Of a stretch of DNA of 64,000 nucleotides, positions 1 to 11,329 are shown one piece after another. This stretch comes from Pristiophorus japonicus (taxonomy: Eukaryota). Where the stretch lies: the NCBI RefSeq assembly GCF_044704955.1, contig NC_091996.1, forward strand, positions 97,960,001 through 98,024,000. Direction: 5' to 3'. The number at the start of each line of letters is the position of its first letter. Position 1 is the first letter of the stretch. Both the position numbers and the translations under genes were made by a program. The notes below the pieces were generated by a model. It made no database searches and had not been told where the DNA came from. It saw nothing but the letters and a program-made list of their open reading frames with translations.

Positions 1-470
1 CGCCGCACTGTCGGAGGGGCAGTACTGAGGGAGTGCCGCACTGTCGGAGGGGCAGTACTGAGGGAGTGCCGCACTGTCGGAGGGGCAGTACTGAGGGAGT
101 GCCGCACTGTCGGAGGGGCAGTACTGAGGGAGCCCCGCACTGTTGGAGGGGCAGTACTGAGGGAGCACCGCACTGTCGGAGGTACCGTCTTTCGGATGAG
201 ACATTAAACTGCTCCCTTGGATTGATATAAAAGATCCTGCGGCACTATTTCAGAGAAGAGCAGGGAGCTATCCCTGGCAATTGTGTACCCAAGCTCAGTA
301 GTGCAGGTTACCTGGACGTTCTAATCTTGCAGTGTGTGGGAGCTTGCTGTACAAAGATTAGTGTTTTGTTTCCTACATTACAACAGTGACTACACTTCAA
401 AAAGTACTGCGCCGGCTGTAAAATGCTTTTGCGAGGTCGTGAAAGGCGGTATATAAATGCAAGTCTTTCT
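1..470 (+). mobile_element. DeuSINE (SacSINE1-like) SINE, 5' part outside window, with internal 33-bp minisatellite (1..181)
   Basis: 33-bp unit cgcactgtcggaggggcagtactgagggag(t/c)gc is followed by the SINE body (gtctttcggatgagacattaaac...gaagagcaggg) and the 3' tail gaaaggcggtatataaatgcaagtctttc. The same body recurs many times in the window. Confidence 0.8.
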
Positions 471-989
471 TTGGTTTGTATGTAAATGGGTTCACCGAGT
501 GCGGTTAACACACAGGGAATAGCGGGCCGAGGAACACCATCGCTGTGGAGTGAGCCGAGGCAGGGTTGGGGTTACCAAGAACCCCTGCTGTTCGGGAGGG
601 AAATATGTGTAGCTGACGACACCAGATCAGCATGTGCCAGAGAGAGGAATAGACGGACATACTGAGCAGTGAGAGGAAGGGTGTGTGGGGCATAAACCCC
701 GGCACAGACCCGTCGGGCAGAACAGCCTCTTTCTGTGCCGTAAACTCGATGTAAGAGAGTGAGGCGAGAGGTTTAGGGGAAGTTTAGTTACAGCATGGAA
801 TTCTTCATCTCATGGAACAGCTGAGACAGAGCCCAACGCAGCTTTTAAAGAAACGTTTTGATGCAGAGGCAGCTACGAGTTTACCGGAAGAGAGCGGGGC
901 AGTGGGATTAGTGTCTGGCGAAGACACCATCAGCCAAACAGCCTCTTGCTGTGCTGTGCACGGCTGTAGTTCCACATTAGTATCAGTTA

Positions 990-1500
990 CTTGGACATCC
1001 AACATCCCCAGCATCGAAGCACTGACCACACTCGACCAGCTCCGCTGGGCAGGGCCACATTGTGCACATGCCCCCAGACACGAGACTCCCAAAGCAAGCG
1101 CTCTACTCGGAACTCCTACACGGCAAGCGAGCCCCAGGTGGACAGAGGAAACGTTACAGGGACCACCCTCAAAGCCTCCCTGATAAAGTGCAACATCCCC
1201 CACCGACACCTGGGAGTCCCCGGCCAAAGACCAGTCCGCCCTAAGTGGAGGAAGTGCATCCGAGAGGGCGCTGAGCACCTCGAGTCTCGTCGCCGAGAGC
1301 ATGCAGAAACCAAGCGCAGGCAGCGGAAGGAGCGTGCGGCAAACCAGTCCCACCCTCCCCTTCCCTCAACCACTGTCTGTCCCACCTGTGACAGGGATTG
1401 TGGCTCTCGTATTGGACTGTTCAGTCACCTGAGGACTCACTTTTAGAATGGAAGCAAGTCTTCCTCGATTCCGAGGGACTGACTACGATGGTGATGATAA
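990..1500 (+). mobile_element. RTE-clade LINE 3' fragment
   Basis: Frameshifted ORF2 C-terminus: RLPKQALYSEL...GGQRKRY, and the CCHH finger CPTCDRDCGSRIGLFSHLRTH. Ends in a gatggtgatgat-type tail. Confidence 0.85.
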
Positions 1501-1744
1501 CTGACTTGCAAAATGGCGGACAGGATAAAAAAACCTAGTTGGTCCAACTAACCTTTCACATATATTTATGATGCTTTGTACATTACAATTAATATATCCC
1601 ATACCCTCTCGGTGCCGTGTAATCTCCTGAGAGAGAGGAGATAAACCAGAATAAAACCCCAAGGCCAATTAGGGGGAACAAAATCTGGCAACTTCCTCAC
1701 GTGAGGTGATTAAAATGGCATTGACCATGACTTGCATTACTTGA

Positions 1745-1815
1745 TCATCATCATAGGCAGTCCCTCAGAATCCACTCTTAAAGTGAGTCCTTCGGTGGCT
1801 GAACAGTCCAATACA
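1745..1815 (-). mobile_element. short RTE LINE 3' tail fragment
   Basis: catcatcataggcagtccctc...gtggctgaacagtccaatac is the reverse complement of the RTE 3' end seen at 1410-1495. Confidence 0.6.
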
Positions 1816-2411
1816 GGATGTGCCGTTAGGCTCCATCAAAGGCTGAATTCCAGCCGCAGGATTAATCATTGAAGGGAAGCCAACAAAGGATTGAAGCCAG
1901 AGTTTGTCAAGTTGGTTAATGACCACCTCGACGGTGGCCTTGGTGAGTGTTCAGCTGTGGTCAGCGACTGAGTTCATGGGGTATCAGTGAGTGAATGTCC
2001 TTACATACCCCCCAGTACCCAGTCACTGTCAACATTTCCCAACCAGCTCGCTGCCTGCTCATGGCTCTTCAGTAAACAGTAAACGTTGGCAAATGGTAAT
2101 GTGACAAAGTCCTGGGCCCCTTAGATCAAGACCCTGAGTTCGGCTGCTCTAATTGGCCAGCCAGTTATTGAGCCTTCCCACTTCCTCCAGCCCCTTGCCA
2201 GTAAAACACATTGCCGAATTGGCCCCAACTCAGTGTGGCCATTCCAGAATCCACAGTGAGTGGGTGTGACTACGTGCTGGGGTAAGAGCCATGTCTGTTG
2301 AAATCATTTGTGATTAATCTCACTCTTTGGTGAGCCGTGCATGTCAAGAAAGACCGAGATGTCATGGCTGCTCCGTGCTAAGTTAACTGGTCTCCATTTG
2401 GTGCTGTCTGC

Positions 2412-3252
2412 GGGAGGGGCCTGTGGGGGGGGGGTCTGTGGGGGGGAGAGGGCTGTGGGGAGGGGGCTGTGGTGGGGGGGTCTGTGGAGAGGGGGCTGTG
2501 GAGAGGGGGCTGTGGAGAGGGGGCTGTGGTGGGGGGGGTCTGTGGGGGGGGTCTGTGGGGAGTGGGCTGTGTGGAGGGGGCTGTGGGGAGGGGGCTGTGG
2601 GGAGGAGTCTGCGGGGAGGGGGCTGTATGGAGGGGGCTGTGGGGAGGGGGCTGTGGGGAGGGAGCTGTGGGGAGGGGGCTGTGGGGAGGGAGCTGTGGGG
2701 AGTGGGCTGTGGGGAGGGGGCTATGGGGAGGGGGCTGTGAGGAGGGGGCTGTGGGGAGGGGGCTATGGGGAGGGGGCTGTGAGGAGGGGGCTGTGGAGAG
2801 GGGTCTGCGGGGAGGGGGTTGTGGGGAGTGGGCTATGGGGAGGGGGCTGTGAGGAAGGGGCTGTGGAGAGGGTTCTGTGGGGAGGGGGCTGTGGGGAGGG
2901 GGCTGTGGGGAGGGGGCTGTGGGGAGTGGGCTGTGGGGAGTGGGCTGTGGGGAGGGGTCTGTGGGGAGGGGGCTGTGGGGAGGGGTCTGTGAGGAAGGGG
3001 CTGTGGAGAGGGTTCTGCGGGGAGGGGGTCTTTAGGGGGGTGTCTGTGGGGAGGGGGCTGTGTGGAGCGGGCTGTGGGGAGTGGGCTGTGGGGAGGGGTC
3101 TGTGGGGAGGGGGCTGTGGGGAGGGGTCTGTGGGGAGGGGGCTATGGGGAGGGGGCTGTGGGGAGGGGGCTGTGGGGAGTGGGCTGTGGGGAGGGGTCTG
3201 TGGGGAGGGGGCTGTGTGGAGGGGGCTGTGGGGAGGGGCTGTGGGGTGGGGG
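2412..3252. repeat. G-rich ~14-bp minisatellite (ggggagggggctgt)n
   Basis: Directly visible tandem repeat with extreme G strand bias. Confidence 0.9.
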
Positions 3253-3319
3253 CGGGAGATGTTACAGCTCGCTGGCAGAATAATCGGTCAGGGTCCATGC
3301 TTCAGATCTCCAGCCAGTG

Positions 3320-4205
3320 AATCCTGTTGAAAGGTGCCTCCATTGTGTCCAATTCTGGGCACCACACTTTAGGAAGGAGGCCTTAGAGTGGGACAAGAGA
3401 TTTTCTGGAACGGTACCAGGGGATGAGGAACTGGAGAAGTTGGGATTGTTCTCCTTGGAGTCGAGACGGTTACTGGAAGATTTATTAGCGGCCGTCAAAG
3501 TCACGAAGGGTTTTGATGGAGCAAGTTCGGAGAAACTGGTCCACCGGAGGGTCGGTAACCAGAGGACACAGATTTAAGTAGTGGGCAGGGACAGGGGCAG
3601 GGACAGGGGGCAGGGGGCAAGGACATGGGCAAGGACAGGGGCAGGGACACGGGGCAAGGGCATAGGGCAGGGGCAGGGGGCAGGGAGACGGGGCAGGGGC
3701 ATAGGGCAGGGGGCAGGGGGCATAGGGCAGGGACAGGGGCAGGGACAGGGGCAGGGTCACGGGGCAGGGGGCAAGGACAGGGGCAGGGACACGGGGCAAG
3801 GGCATAGGGCAGGGGCAGGGGGCAGGGGCATAGGGCAGGGGGCAGGAAGCATAGGGCAGGGACAGGGGCAGGGACAGGGGCAGGGTCACGGGGCAGGGAC
3901 AGGGGCAGGGTCACGGGGCAGGGGGCAGGGGCAGGGACAGGGGCAGGGACAGGGGCAGGGACAGGGGCAGGGACAGGGGCAGGGACAGGGGCAGGGGGCA
4001 GGGGCAGGGACACGGGGCAGGGACAAGGGCAGGGACACGGGGCAGGGGGCAGGGGGCATAGGGCAGGGTCACGGGGCAGGGACAGGGGCAGGGACACGGG
4101 GCAGGGGGCAGGGGCAGGGACACGGGGAGTGCGATGAATTGGATAGCTGTACTAAAGAACCAGCACAGGCACAATGGGCCAAATGGCCTCCCTCTGTAAG
4201 ATTCT
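3320..4205 (+). mobile_element. decayed CR1 LINE 3' end interrupted by a G-rich tandem array
   Basis: Encodes HCVQFWAPHFRK...LEKLGLFSLE.RRL. After the array comes the CR1-type 3' UTR gcacaggcacaatgggccaaatggcctcc. Confidence 0.7.
3581..4128. repeat. G-rich 6/12-bp tandem repeat (ggggcagggaca)n
   Basis: Directly visible tandem repeat. Confidence 0.9.
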
Positions 4206-4400
4206 CTGTGGCCGCAAGAAAGCAGAATGGGGTTATAGAATGGGCCCCTTTCACGACTCCATAACCACTCACAGCAGGCGGAGGGTTAAAGCCAGGTCGG
4301 GGTGTGCCGAGTATTTGAGAATGTTTGAGCTGATGATCTAATCGGGAAGCTAATCCAATAATAGACGGAACTTTCTCCCCAGATATTCCGAGCCTCCGTC

Positions 4401-4440
4401 ATGCTGAGGGGACTTATCCTCTTCACTCTGCTCGCTCAGG
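4401..4440 (+). CDS. LECT2: LECT2 coding exon 1 (signal peptide MLRGLILFTLLAQ, phase-1 donor)
   Basis: ATG in gtcATGc context, hydrophobic leader, consensus donor cagg|gtaagt. Phase joins exon 2 in frame. Confidence 0.8.
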
Positions 4441-4968
4441 GTAAGTCGGCACAGCCCCAGTGTGGGCGGAGATAGCGCTGTAGAATTATTTGGGATTCAC
4501 AAACCCTTTTGTTGCGCTAAAATGTTTAAAGAAACGGTTCAGAACTCTCCTGCTCACACAGGATTGCGCTCTGTCAGTTGTTGTGAGGGTTGTTTCCCTG
4601 AGGTCGCTCTAAGGTGCCCTTCAGCCCGTCCCATTAATCACCATCCCTGCTGAAATCATGCGTTCCAGTGAGTGCAATTTGCAGCTCTGTCTGACACGCC
4701 CCAAATCCCATCCCCATTTCCTGAGGGAGGTTTGTTTGGCCGGTCTGGAGGGCACCATTGCCCCCACAGGGGACCGAGAGTTTGGACACTGGCTGCTGGA
4801 TCCAAGCACCGCCCCCAGCTGCGAGTACAGACCTTGCTGGGATTTAACCAGCTCAAACTGCAGGGTGTTGCTCAATCTTCCCACTGCTTCTCCTGCTGGG
4901 AACTACCTGCACAGTGGTACATTTCATTACAGAGTTCTCTGGAGCCAAGTGTGAGTAGTTCCACACTC

Positions 4969-5790
4969 CAGATATCCCACCCAGTCTAATCCCACTCTCC
5001 CCCTCCCCATTTAATATCCCACCCAGTCTAATCCCACTCTCCCCCTCCCCATTTAATATCCCACCCAGTCTAATCCCACTCTCCCCTCTCTCCCCACCTT
5101 TAATATCCCACCCAGTCTAATCCCACTCTCCCCTCTCTCCCCACCTTTAATATCCCACCCAGTCTAATCCCATTCTCCCCCTCCCCATTTAATATCCCAC
5201 CCAGTCTAATCCCACTCTCCCCCTCCCCATTTAATACCCCACCCAGTCTAATCCCACTCTCCCCCTCACTCCCCGACCCTTTAATATCCCACCCAGTCTA
5301 ATCCCACTCTCTCCCTCCCCATTTAATATCCCACCCAGTCTAATCCCACTCTCCCCTCTCTCCCCACCTTTAATATCCCACCCAGTCTAATCCCACTCTC
5401 CCCCTCCCCATTTAATATCCCACCTAGTCTAATCCCACTCTCCCCCTCCCCATTTAATACCCCACCCAGTCTAATCCCACTCTCCCCCTCACTCCCCGAC
5501 CCTTTAATATCCCACCCAGTCTAATCCCACTCTCCCCCTCTCTCCACGATTCTTTAATATCCCACCCAGTCTAATCCCACTCTCCCCCTCACTCCCCCCT
5601 TTAATACCCCACCCAGTCTAGTCCCACTCTCCCCCTCACTCCCCGCACCCTTTAATATCCCACCCAGTCTAATCCCACTCTCCCCCTCACTCCCCCCTTT
5701 AATACCCCACCCAGTCTAATCCCACTCTCCCCACTCTCCCTTTAATATCCCACCCAGTCTAATCCCACTCTCCCCTCACTCCCCGCACAC
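4969..5790. repeat. C-rich ~42-50-bp minisatellite (ttaatatcccacccagtctaatcccactctcccc...) in LECT2 intron 1
   Basis: Visible tandem repeat with a constant core cccacccagtctaatcccactctccc and a variable pyrimidine linker. Confidence 0.9.
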
Positions 5791-5999
5791 TTTGCTGTTC
5801 CTCTATCTAAAATCTGCCGAATTCCTGTTGCAAAGAATGTGCTTCACCATCAGTGTGTGACGTAGAATTGTACATTCTGCCCAGCCATGGTGCAAACAAC
5901 AAAGGGTTCTCCTTATAGTGCGCCTTGCAACTTTAGAATCTGTACCCACTATAGTAAATAAACTGATCTGTGTTGTGTGTTAACTTCCCCCTCGTACAG

Positions 6000-6096
6000 T
6001 TACAGCTGGCAGATGGGGCAAGCTCTGTGCTGGAAATCTGCGGAACAGGGTGAGAGGGACTGATATCTATGGCAATGGGGCTTATGGTGCTCCCAG
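6000..6096 (+). CDS. LECT2: LECT2 coding exon 2 (VTAGRWGKLCAGNLRNRVRGTDIYGNGAYGAPR)
   Basis: Acceptor cttccccctcgtacag|, donor cccag|gtaac, 97 nt, phase 1 to 2. Aligns with human [30 protein letters not shown]. Confidence 0.88.
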
Positions 6097-6139
6097 GTAA
6101 CTGTGACACTGTCGTTATCCATACAATTGTACCTTCCTT

Positions 6140-6580
6140 CAACAACAGCAGCAACAATGTGAACTTATGTAGCGCCTTTAATGTAGTACAATGTCCCATG
6201 GTGCTTCACAGGAGCGTTATCAAACAACATTTGACCCCGAGCCGCATCTTACAACAGATTGGTCAAAGAGGTCGGTTTTAAGGAGCGTCTTAAAGTAGGA
6301 TGGAGAGGTTAGAGAGGCGGAGAGGTTTAGGGAGGGAGTTCCAGAGCTTGGGGCCCAGGCAGCTGAAGGCACGGCCAGCGATGGTGGAGCGATTATAATC
6401 AGGGATGGACAGGAGGGCAGAATTGGAGGAGCGCAGAGGGTTGTAGGGCTGGGGATGGGGAAGGGGTTGCAGAGATAGGGAGGGGCGAGGGCCATGGAGG
6501 GATTTGAAAACAAAGATGAGTATTTTTAAAATCGAGGCGTTGGTTAACCGGAAGCCAATGTAGGTCAGCGAGCACAGGGG
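6140..6580 (-). mobile_element. L2-clade LINE 3' fragment
   Basis: Reverse complement of the element at 11330-11723; (caa)n tail; encodes LAPPYLCN-like motif. Confidence 0.7.
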
Positions 6581-7033
6581 GGAGGGACTATCTGAAGAGA
6601 GAACGGTTTCACTCCCTCTCCCTGCTCCCCGCTTTGGTGGCCCCGATCACCTCCATGTTCCTGTTACATGGAGCGTTGGTGTCAGACTTGGAGCCTGTAG
6701 TGCACGTGCCAAGGGCTGGAAGGCTGAAGGGGGAAGAACATTTCCATAAATTCTACAACACAGGATCACAGGCCGTCTTAACTCATCACAGTACTAGCCT
6801 GTCGAGCGCACTTCCTGTCAGAGGCGCCGTTATTTCCTGTCACACTTCAGACGTCACACTCTGATGGTGAGCAATGCCACGGGCGATCCACTGGTACTCT
6901 TCGAACGCGAGATCTCAGTGCTGAGGGTGCTGTGGAAATTGTCGGTACAGTAATAGCCATGTCCATCAGACGTTAGGAATATTTCACCGACAGATGATCG
7001 TATTCGGGGCTGACTGTGTTTTGTCGTGTACAG

Positions 7034-7182
7034 GAAGGGTGGGACCACACACAAGGGGGTCGACGTGGTTTGCAGGAACGGATCAACAGTTTACGCCCCC
7101 TTCAGCGGCAGGCTGATGAGACGGGCCACCCCCTATAGGGAAACAAACGCGATTAACAATGGAGTAAAGTTGGAAGGAGCAG
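7034..7182 (+). CDS. LECT2: LECT2 coding exon 3 ([49 protein letters not shown])
   Basis: Zn motif HKGVD; matches human [20 protein letters not shown]...NAINNGVRISG. Acceptor gtacag|, donor gcag|gtgag, 149 nt. Confidence 0.95.
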
Positions 7183-7452
7183 GTGAGAAGAGTTCATTCC
7201 ATTCAGTCCAATCTGCCAGCTCCTTGCTAACCTGTCTCCCCATTTCCCCACGAAATCATCAGGGAATTCAAATTCACAGCTGCACAAGGGTGGAGGGAGC
7301 AGAAGCACAAGAACGATGGGCCGAATGGCATGCTTTTGTCTTGTATCATTCTATAATTCAAATGGGAGCCCTCCCCCGGCACTGACTGATTCTCTGAGTC
7401 GCTGGGCTTCTTCACGTTTGGTAATTATCTCTCGCTGTTGAGTTTAGAGCGG

Positions 7453-8162
7453 AATTCTATTAAAATGCATCCGTAAAGTCCTGCTTTATAATGTAGCAGG
7501 AAGCGGTTGTAACTCCCTCCCCAGATAGGGGGCTTGTCCATTTCGAATTCCTAGATCCTACCGATATACGTGGCTTAAGATCGACCTGCATTCATACGAA
7601 CAACGACAGACAAGCAAAGACCCTCCTATCCCACACAACATATACACTACACCCCACCCGAACCCATGTGGTCTCCTGGGAGAGGAAAAACAGTTCGATA
7701 ACGCAGGTCAACTTGAGTTAAAAAAAATACGGGAAATTCTGCTCCGATCCAACTCGCCCAGGAGATCACTCTGGCCCTGAACTCCCCGCAGTACCCACCT
7801 CCTGTAAGAGGGATCTCCACCCCAGAAACAGCTCCAGCTCTCGCCCAAAGGAATTCAGCCAATCAGCGTCCAACGCACGAGACAGCAGCCTGATCCAGAG
7901 GTCCTCTGGGTAAAGAACCACCTCCTGACATCTGACCCCGATCTAGCCTTGTACAACTTAAATCTGTGACCCCCGATCCTCCCGAACCTATTTAATTGAT
8001 CGTATGTGACAAGACTCCATATGAATGCAGGTCTGTCTCAAGCCATGCATATCGGTAGGATCCAGGAATTCGAAATGGACAAGCCCCTATCTGGGGAGAG
8101 ATTTAAAACTGCTTTTTGTTACATTAAACAACAGGACTTTACAGATGCATTTTAATAGAATT
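7453..8162. mobile_element. ~710-bp element bounded by ~140-bp imperfect inverted repeats (MITE/foldback-like)
   Basis: 7453..7596 is the near reverse complement of 8020..8162 (aattctattaaaatgcat...gacctgcattcata versus tatgaatgcaggtc...atgcattttaatagaatt). Confidence 0.65.
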
Positions 8163-8379
8163 ATCTTATGATTCTATTAACCTATAACCCCATTCTGCCT
8201 ACATTTCTCTAAAGTGTAGCGCCCAATTCCTTTTAGCCTACCTTGATAACTAAGATGCTTTAAACTGTAAATTAGTCGAGTGAATTAGTAACATCTCTCA
8301 GGAACTCCTCACACTATCTCCCACATAATAAATTGCCTAAATGAGTGAATCTTGATTGTGGAAACACGGGAACCAGTTT

Positions 8380-8605
8380 GTGCAGAGTGAGATCCCACTG
8401 GCCATAAAATGAATGACACCAGTGGGGTGTTGGCTGAGGGAGGAATATTGTTTCAGTAGGCCAGGAGAACTCCCCCTGCTCATCTTTCATTATTGCTGTG
8501 GGACCCTTCCCATCCGTGTGCACAGTGAGTTCCCAGGGACCCTCCTCTCAACGTCCCACCTGAAGGACGGCACCTCCGACAATGCAGCACTCCCTCAGTA
8601 CAGCC
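8380..8605 (-). mobile_element. DeuSINE fragment (diverged)
   Basis: Reverse complement of SINE body: ccaggagaactccccctgctc...gacggcacctccgacaatgcagcactccctcagtac. Confidence 0.65.
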
Positions 8606-8616
8606 CCTAGTATCTC

Positions 8617-9722
8617 CATAAGAACATAAGAAATAGGAGCAGGAGTTGGCCATTTGGCCCCTCGAGCCTGCTCCGCCATTCAATACAATCATGGCTGATC
8701 CGATCATGGACTCAGCTCCACTTCCCCGCCCGCTCCCCAGAACCCTTCACTCCCTTATCGCTCAAACATCTGTCTATCTCCGCCTTAAATATATTCAATG
8801 ACCCAGCCTCCACAGCTCTCTGGGGCAGAGAATTCCACAGATTTACAACCATCTCAGAGAAGAAATTTCTCCTCATCTCAGTTTTAAATGGGCGGCCCCT
8901 TATTCTAAGACCATGCCCCCTAGTTCTAGTCTCCCCCATCAGTGGAAACATCCTCTCTGCATCCACCTTGTCAAGCCCCCTCATAATCTTATACGTTTCG
9001 ATAAGATCACCTCTCATTTTTCTGAATTCCAATGAGCAGAGGCCCAACCTCCTCAACCTTTCCTCATAAGTCAACCCCCTCATCCTCGGAATCAACTGAG
9101 TGAACCTTCTCTGAACTGCCTCCAAAGCAAGTATATCCTTTCGTAAATATGGAAACCAAAACTGCACGCAGTATTCCAGGTGTGGCCTCACCAATACCCT
9201 GTATAACTGTAGCAAGACTTCCCTGCTTTTATACTCCATCCCCTTTGCAATAAAGGCCAAGATACCATTGGCCTTCCTGATCACTTGCTGTACCTACATA
9301 CTAACCTTTTGTGTTTCATGCACAAGTAACCCCCAGGTCCTGATGTACTGCAGCACTTTGCAATCTCTCTCCATTTAAATAATAACTTGGTCTTTGATTT
9401 TTTTTCTGCCAAAGTGCATGACCTCACACTTTGTCACATTATACTCCATCTGCCAAATTTTTGCCCACTCACTGAGCCTGTCTATGTCCTTTTGCAAATT
9501 TTTTGTGTCCTCCTCACACATTGCTTTTCCTCCCATCTTTGTATCGTCAGCAAACTTGGCTACGTTACACCCAGTCCCTTCTTCCAAGTCATTAATATAG
9601 ATTGTAAATAGTTGGGGTCCCAGCACTGATCCCTGCGGCACCCCACTAGTTACTGATTGCCAACCAGAGAATGAACCATTGATCCCGACTTTCTGTTTTC
9701 TGTTAGTTAGCCAATCCTCTGT
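8617..9722 (-). mobile_element. 5'-truncated CR1 LINE (RT C-terminal part plus 3' UTR)
   Basis: PQGSVLGPQLFTIYINDL...KFADDTK and LVRPHLEYCVQFW...KGVKGSGERAGKWS*; tandem (ttcttatg) tail at 8617-8633. Confidence 0.93.
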
Positions 9723-10362
9723 CCAAAGGATACGCGGTCAAGGTCTGGTGTGGGCTTGAAGCCCAAGGTGCTACCCACTGAGCCAAGCTGACAAGGGAAG
9801 GCAAGTGGTGGACTCATAAATATGACCAAGCTGTCCTCTTGTCCTGTGCCTGTTGCGTGTGGTAAGCTGACCGTGATTAAGTGAGAACCCCTCTTCAATG
9901 ATTGACTGACTCAAGTACTTGAGTCGCAACCAAAACTCGGTCTCCCGGATGGCTGAGTGTGTAAGGCAGCCAATGGCACTGGGCTACGCAGAGCAAGAGG
10001 ATCCATGTCTGATCCTTGATCAAATGCTGCGTTCAAGGTCACTGTGGGGTGGCCGAGTTTCGACCCCGGGGGTAGAATAAAATCACTCGGCTCTTTATGT
10101 GGGAAATTCTGCTGCCCGCCTCCTTAGAATGAGATACCTAAACAAGGGCCGCAGTGCTTGGCTCAATGGTCGTTCTCTCACTTGTGAATCAGGTCAATGG
10201 TTCAATACCTGCTCCAGCCCTTAAGCACATAATCTCGTCTAACACTCCAGTGCAGCATTGGGTGAATGCTGCATTGTCAGAAGTGTGGGCTCAGTGTGAC
10301 AGTAAGGATATACAGTGTGGGATCAGTATTATTTTTCATAGAATTTCTCTCTCTAATTCCAG

Positions 10363-10532
10363 GTTACTGCGTTAAGATCTTCTACATTGCCCCGGAGCGT
10401 TACACTGGGTACGTTTTGAAGGGCCAGAAGATCGGGACTTTGCTGAACGTTCAAAGTGTTTACCCCGGGATCACCTCCCACGTTCACATCGAGATGTGCA
10501 ACACGTCCACAGACCCCACAAGTCACCTGTAA
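10363..10532 (+). CDS. LECT2: LECT2 coding exon 4 ([56 protein letters not shown])
   Basis: Acceptor ctctctctaattccag|; HVH Zn motif; matches human GFCVKMFYIKP...[23 protein letters not shown]. The four exons total 456 nt = 151 aa plus stop. Confidence 0.95.
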
Positions 10533-10714
10533 CTCCGGGGTGGAGGAAATTAGCACCCGAAGAAACATCGCATCTCAGCAAAATCTCTTGGAATTCCGAT
10601 CTAGTTAAAATCACTCGGTGTGACTGAGCACCAATATCGGGGGAGGGGGGGGAGGGGGGTTTGGAATTGAACCAATATGGTCAGTTGTAGTGTGATGCCA
10701 GAGTCTGGGTCCCC

Positions 10715-10842
10715 CCTCTCGGAGACGAGACTCGAGGTGCTCAGCGCCCTCCCGGATGCACTTCCTCCACTTAGGGCGGTCTCTGGCCAGTGACTCCCAG
10801 GGTCAGTGGGGATGTTGCACTTTATCAGGGAGGCCTTCAGGG
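10715..10842 (-). mobile_element. RTE LINE fragment in probable LECT2 3' UTR
   Basis: Reverse complement of the 1165-1300 RTE segment (gagactcgaggtgctcagcgccctc...gatgttgcactttatcagggaggc). Confidence 0.75.
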
Positions 10843-11329
10843 TAATGCCAGAGTTCGGGTCCCCTCAGGGCCTCAGTTGGTAGTTGCTGTGCCTGCTGAG
10901 GTGGTGAGCAACACAGACCTGGGGGTGATCCCTGACTCCGTGCTGAGCTCACTGATCTCAGTGAGTGACGGGGGCAGACAGTACACTTGCCCTCAGTGCC
11001 CCTTGGGGGCAGGGATGGGGGTTATTCAGCCAGGACTCCAACAATCCCTCTGAACCACCCGTTTCATTGAGACGTCCCTAATTGGCTGGTGGGTTTTGGC
11101 ACTCGGCCAACCTCACAATAGGCCCCAGTTTTACAACCTGCTCCTTGTTACTCCGTCTCCTTGAAGGTTTGTCCAGGTCTCTCCCCATCCTAACACCCTC
11201 AGCCCTCACTTCTTGTGCCAATCTCGGACCCTGAGGTCTCTTTCTGGAGTGACAGGCTGTATGGGGACAGAGTCTGATCCCAACACTTCTCGGAGCTTCT
11301 ATTTCAGTCGGCTCTTTGGCTTATTAAGC

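Noticed and set aside
2341-4272. Gly-rich or Pro/Cys-rich ORFs resembling keratin-associated proteins
   Set aside because: Translations of G-rich minisatellites, open in many frames on both strands.
4350-4382. LECT2 CCAAT box or upstream acceptor (ctttctccccag)
   Set aside because: Both readings are possible and mutually competing; cannot be resolved from sequence alone.
8712-9641. Functional reverse-transcriptase genes (also 24573-26259)
   Set aside because: All are 5'-truncated LINE remnants lacking endonuclease and most of RT.
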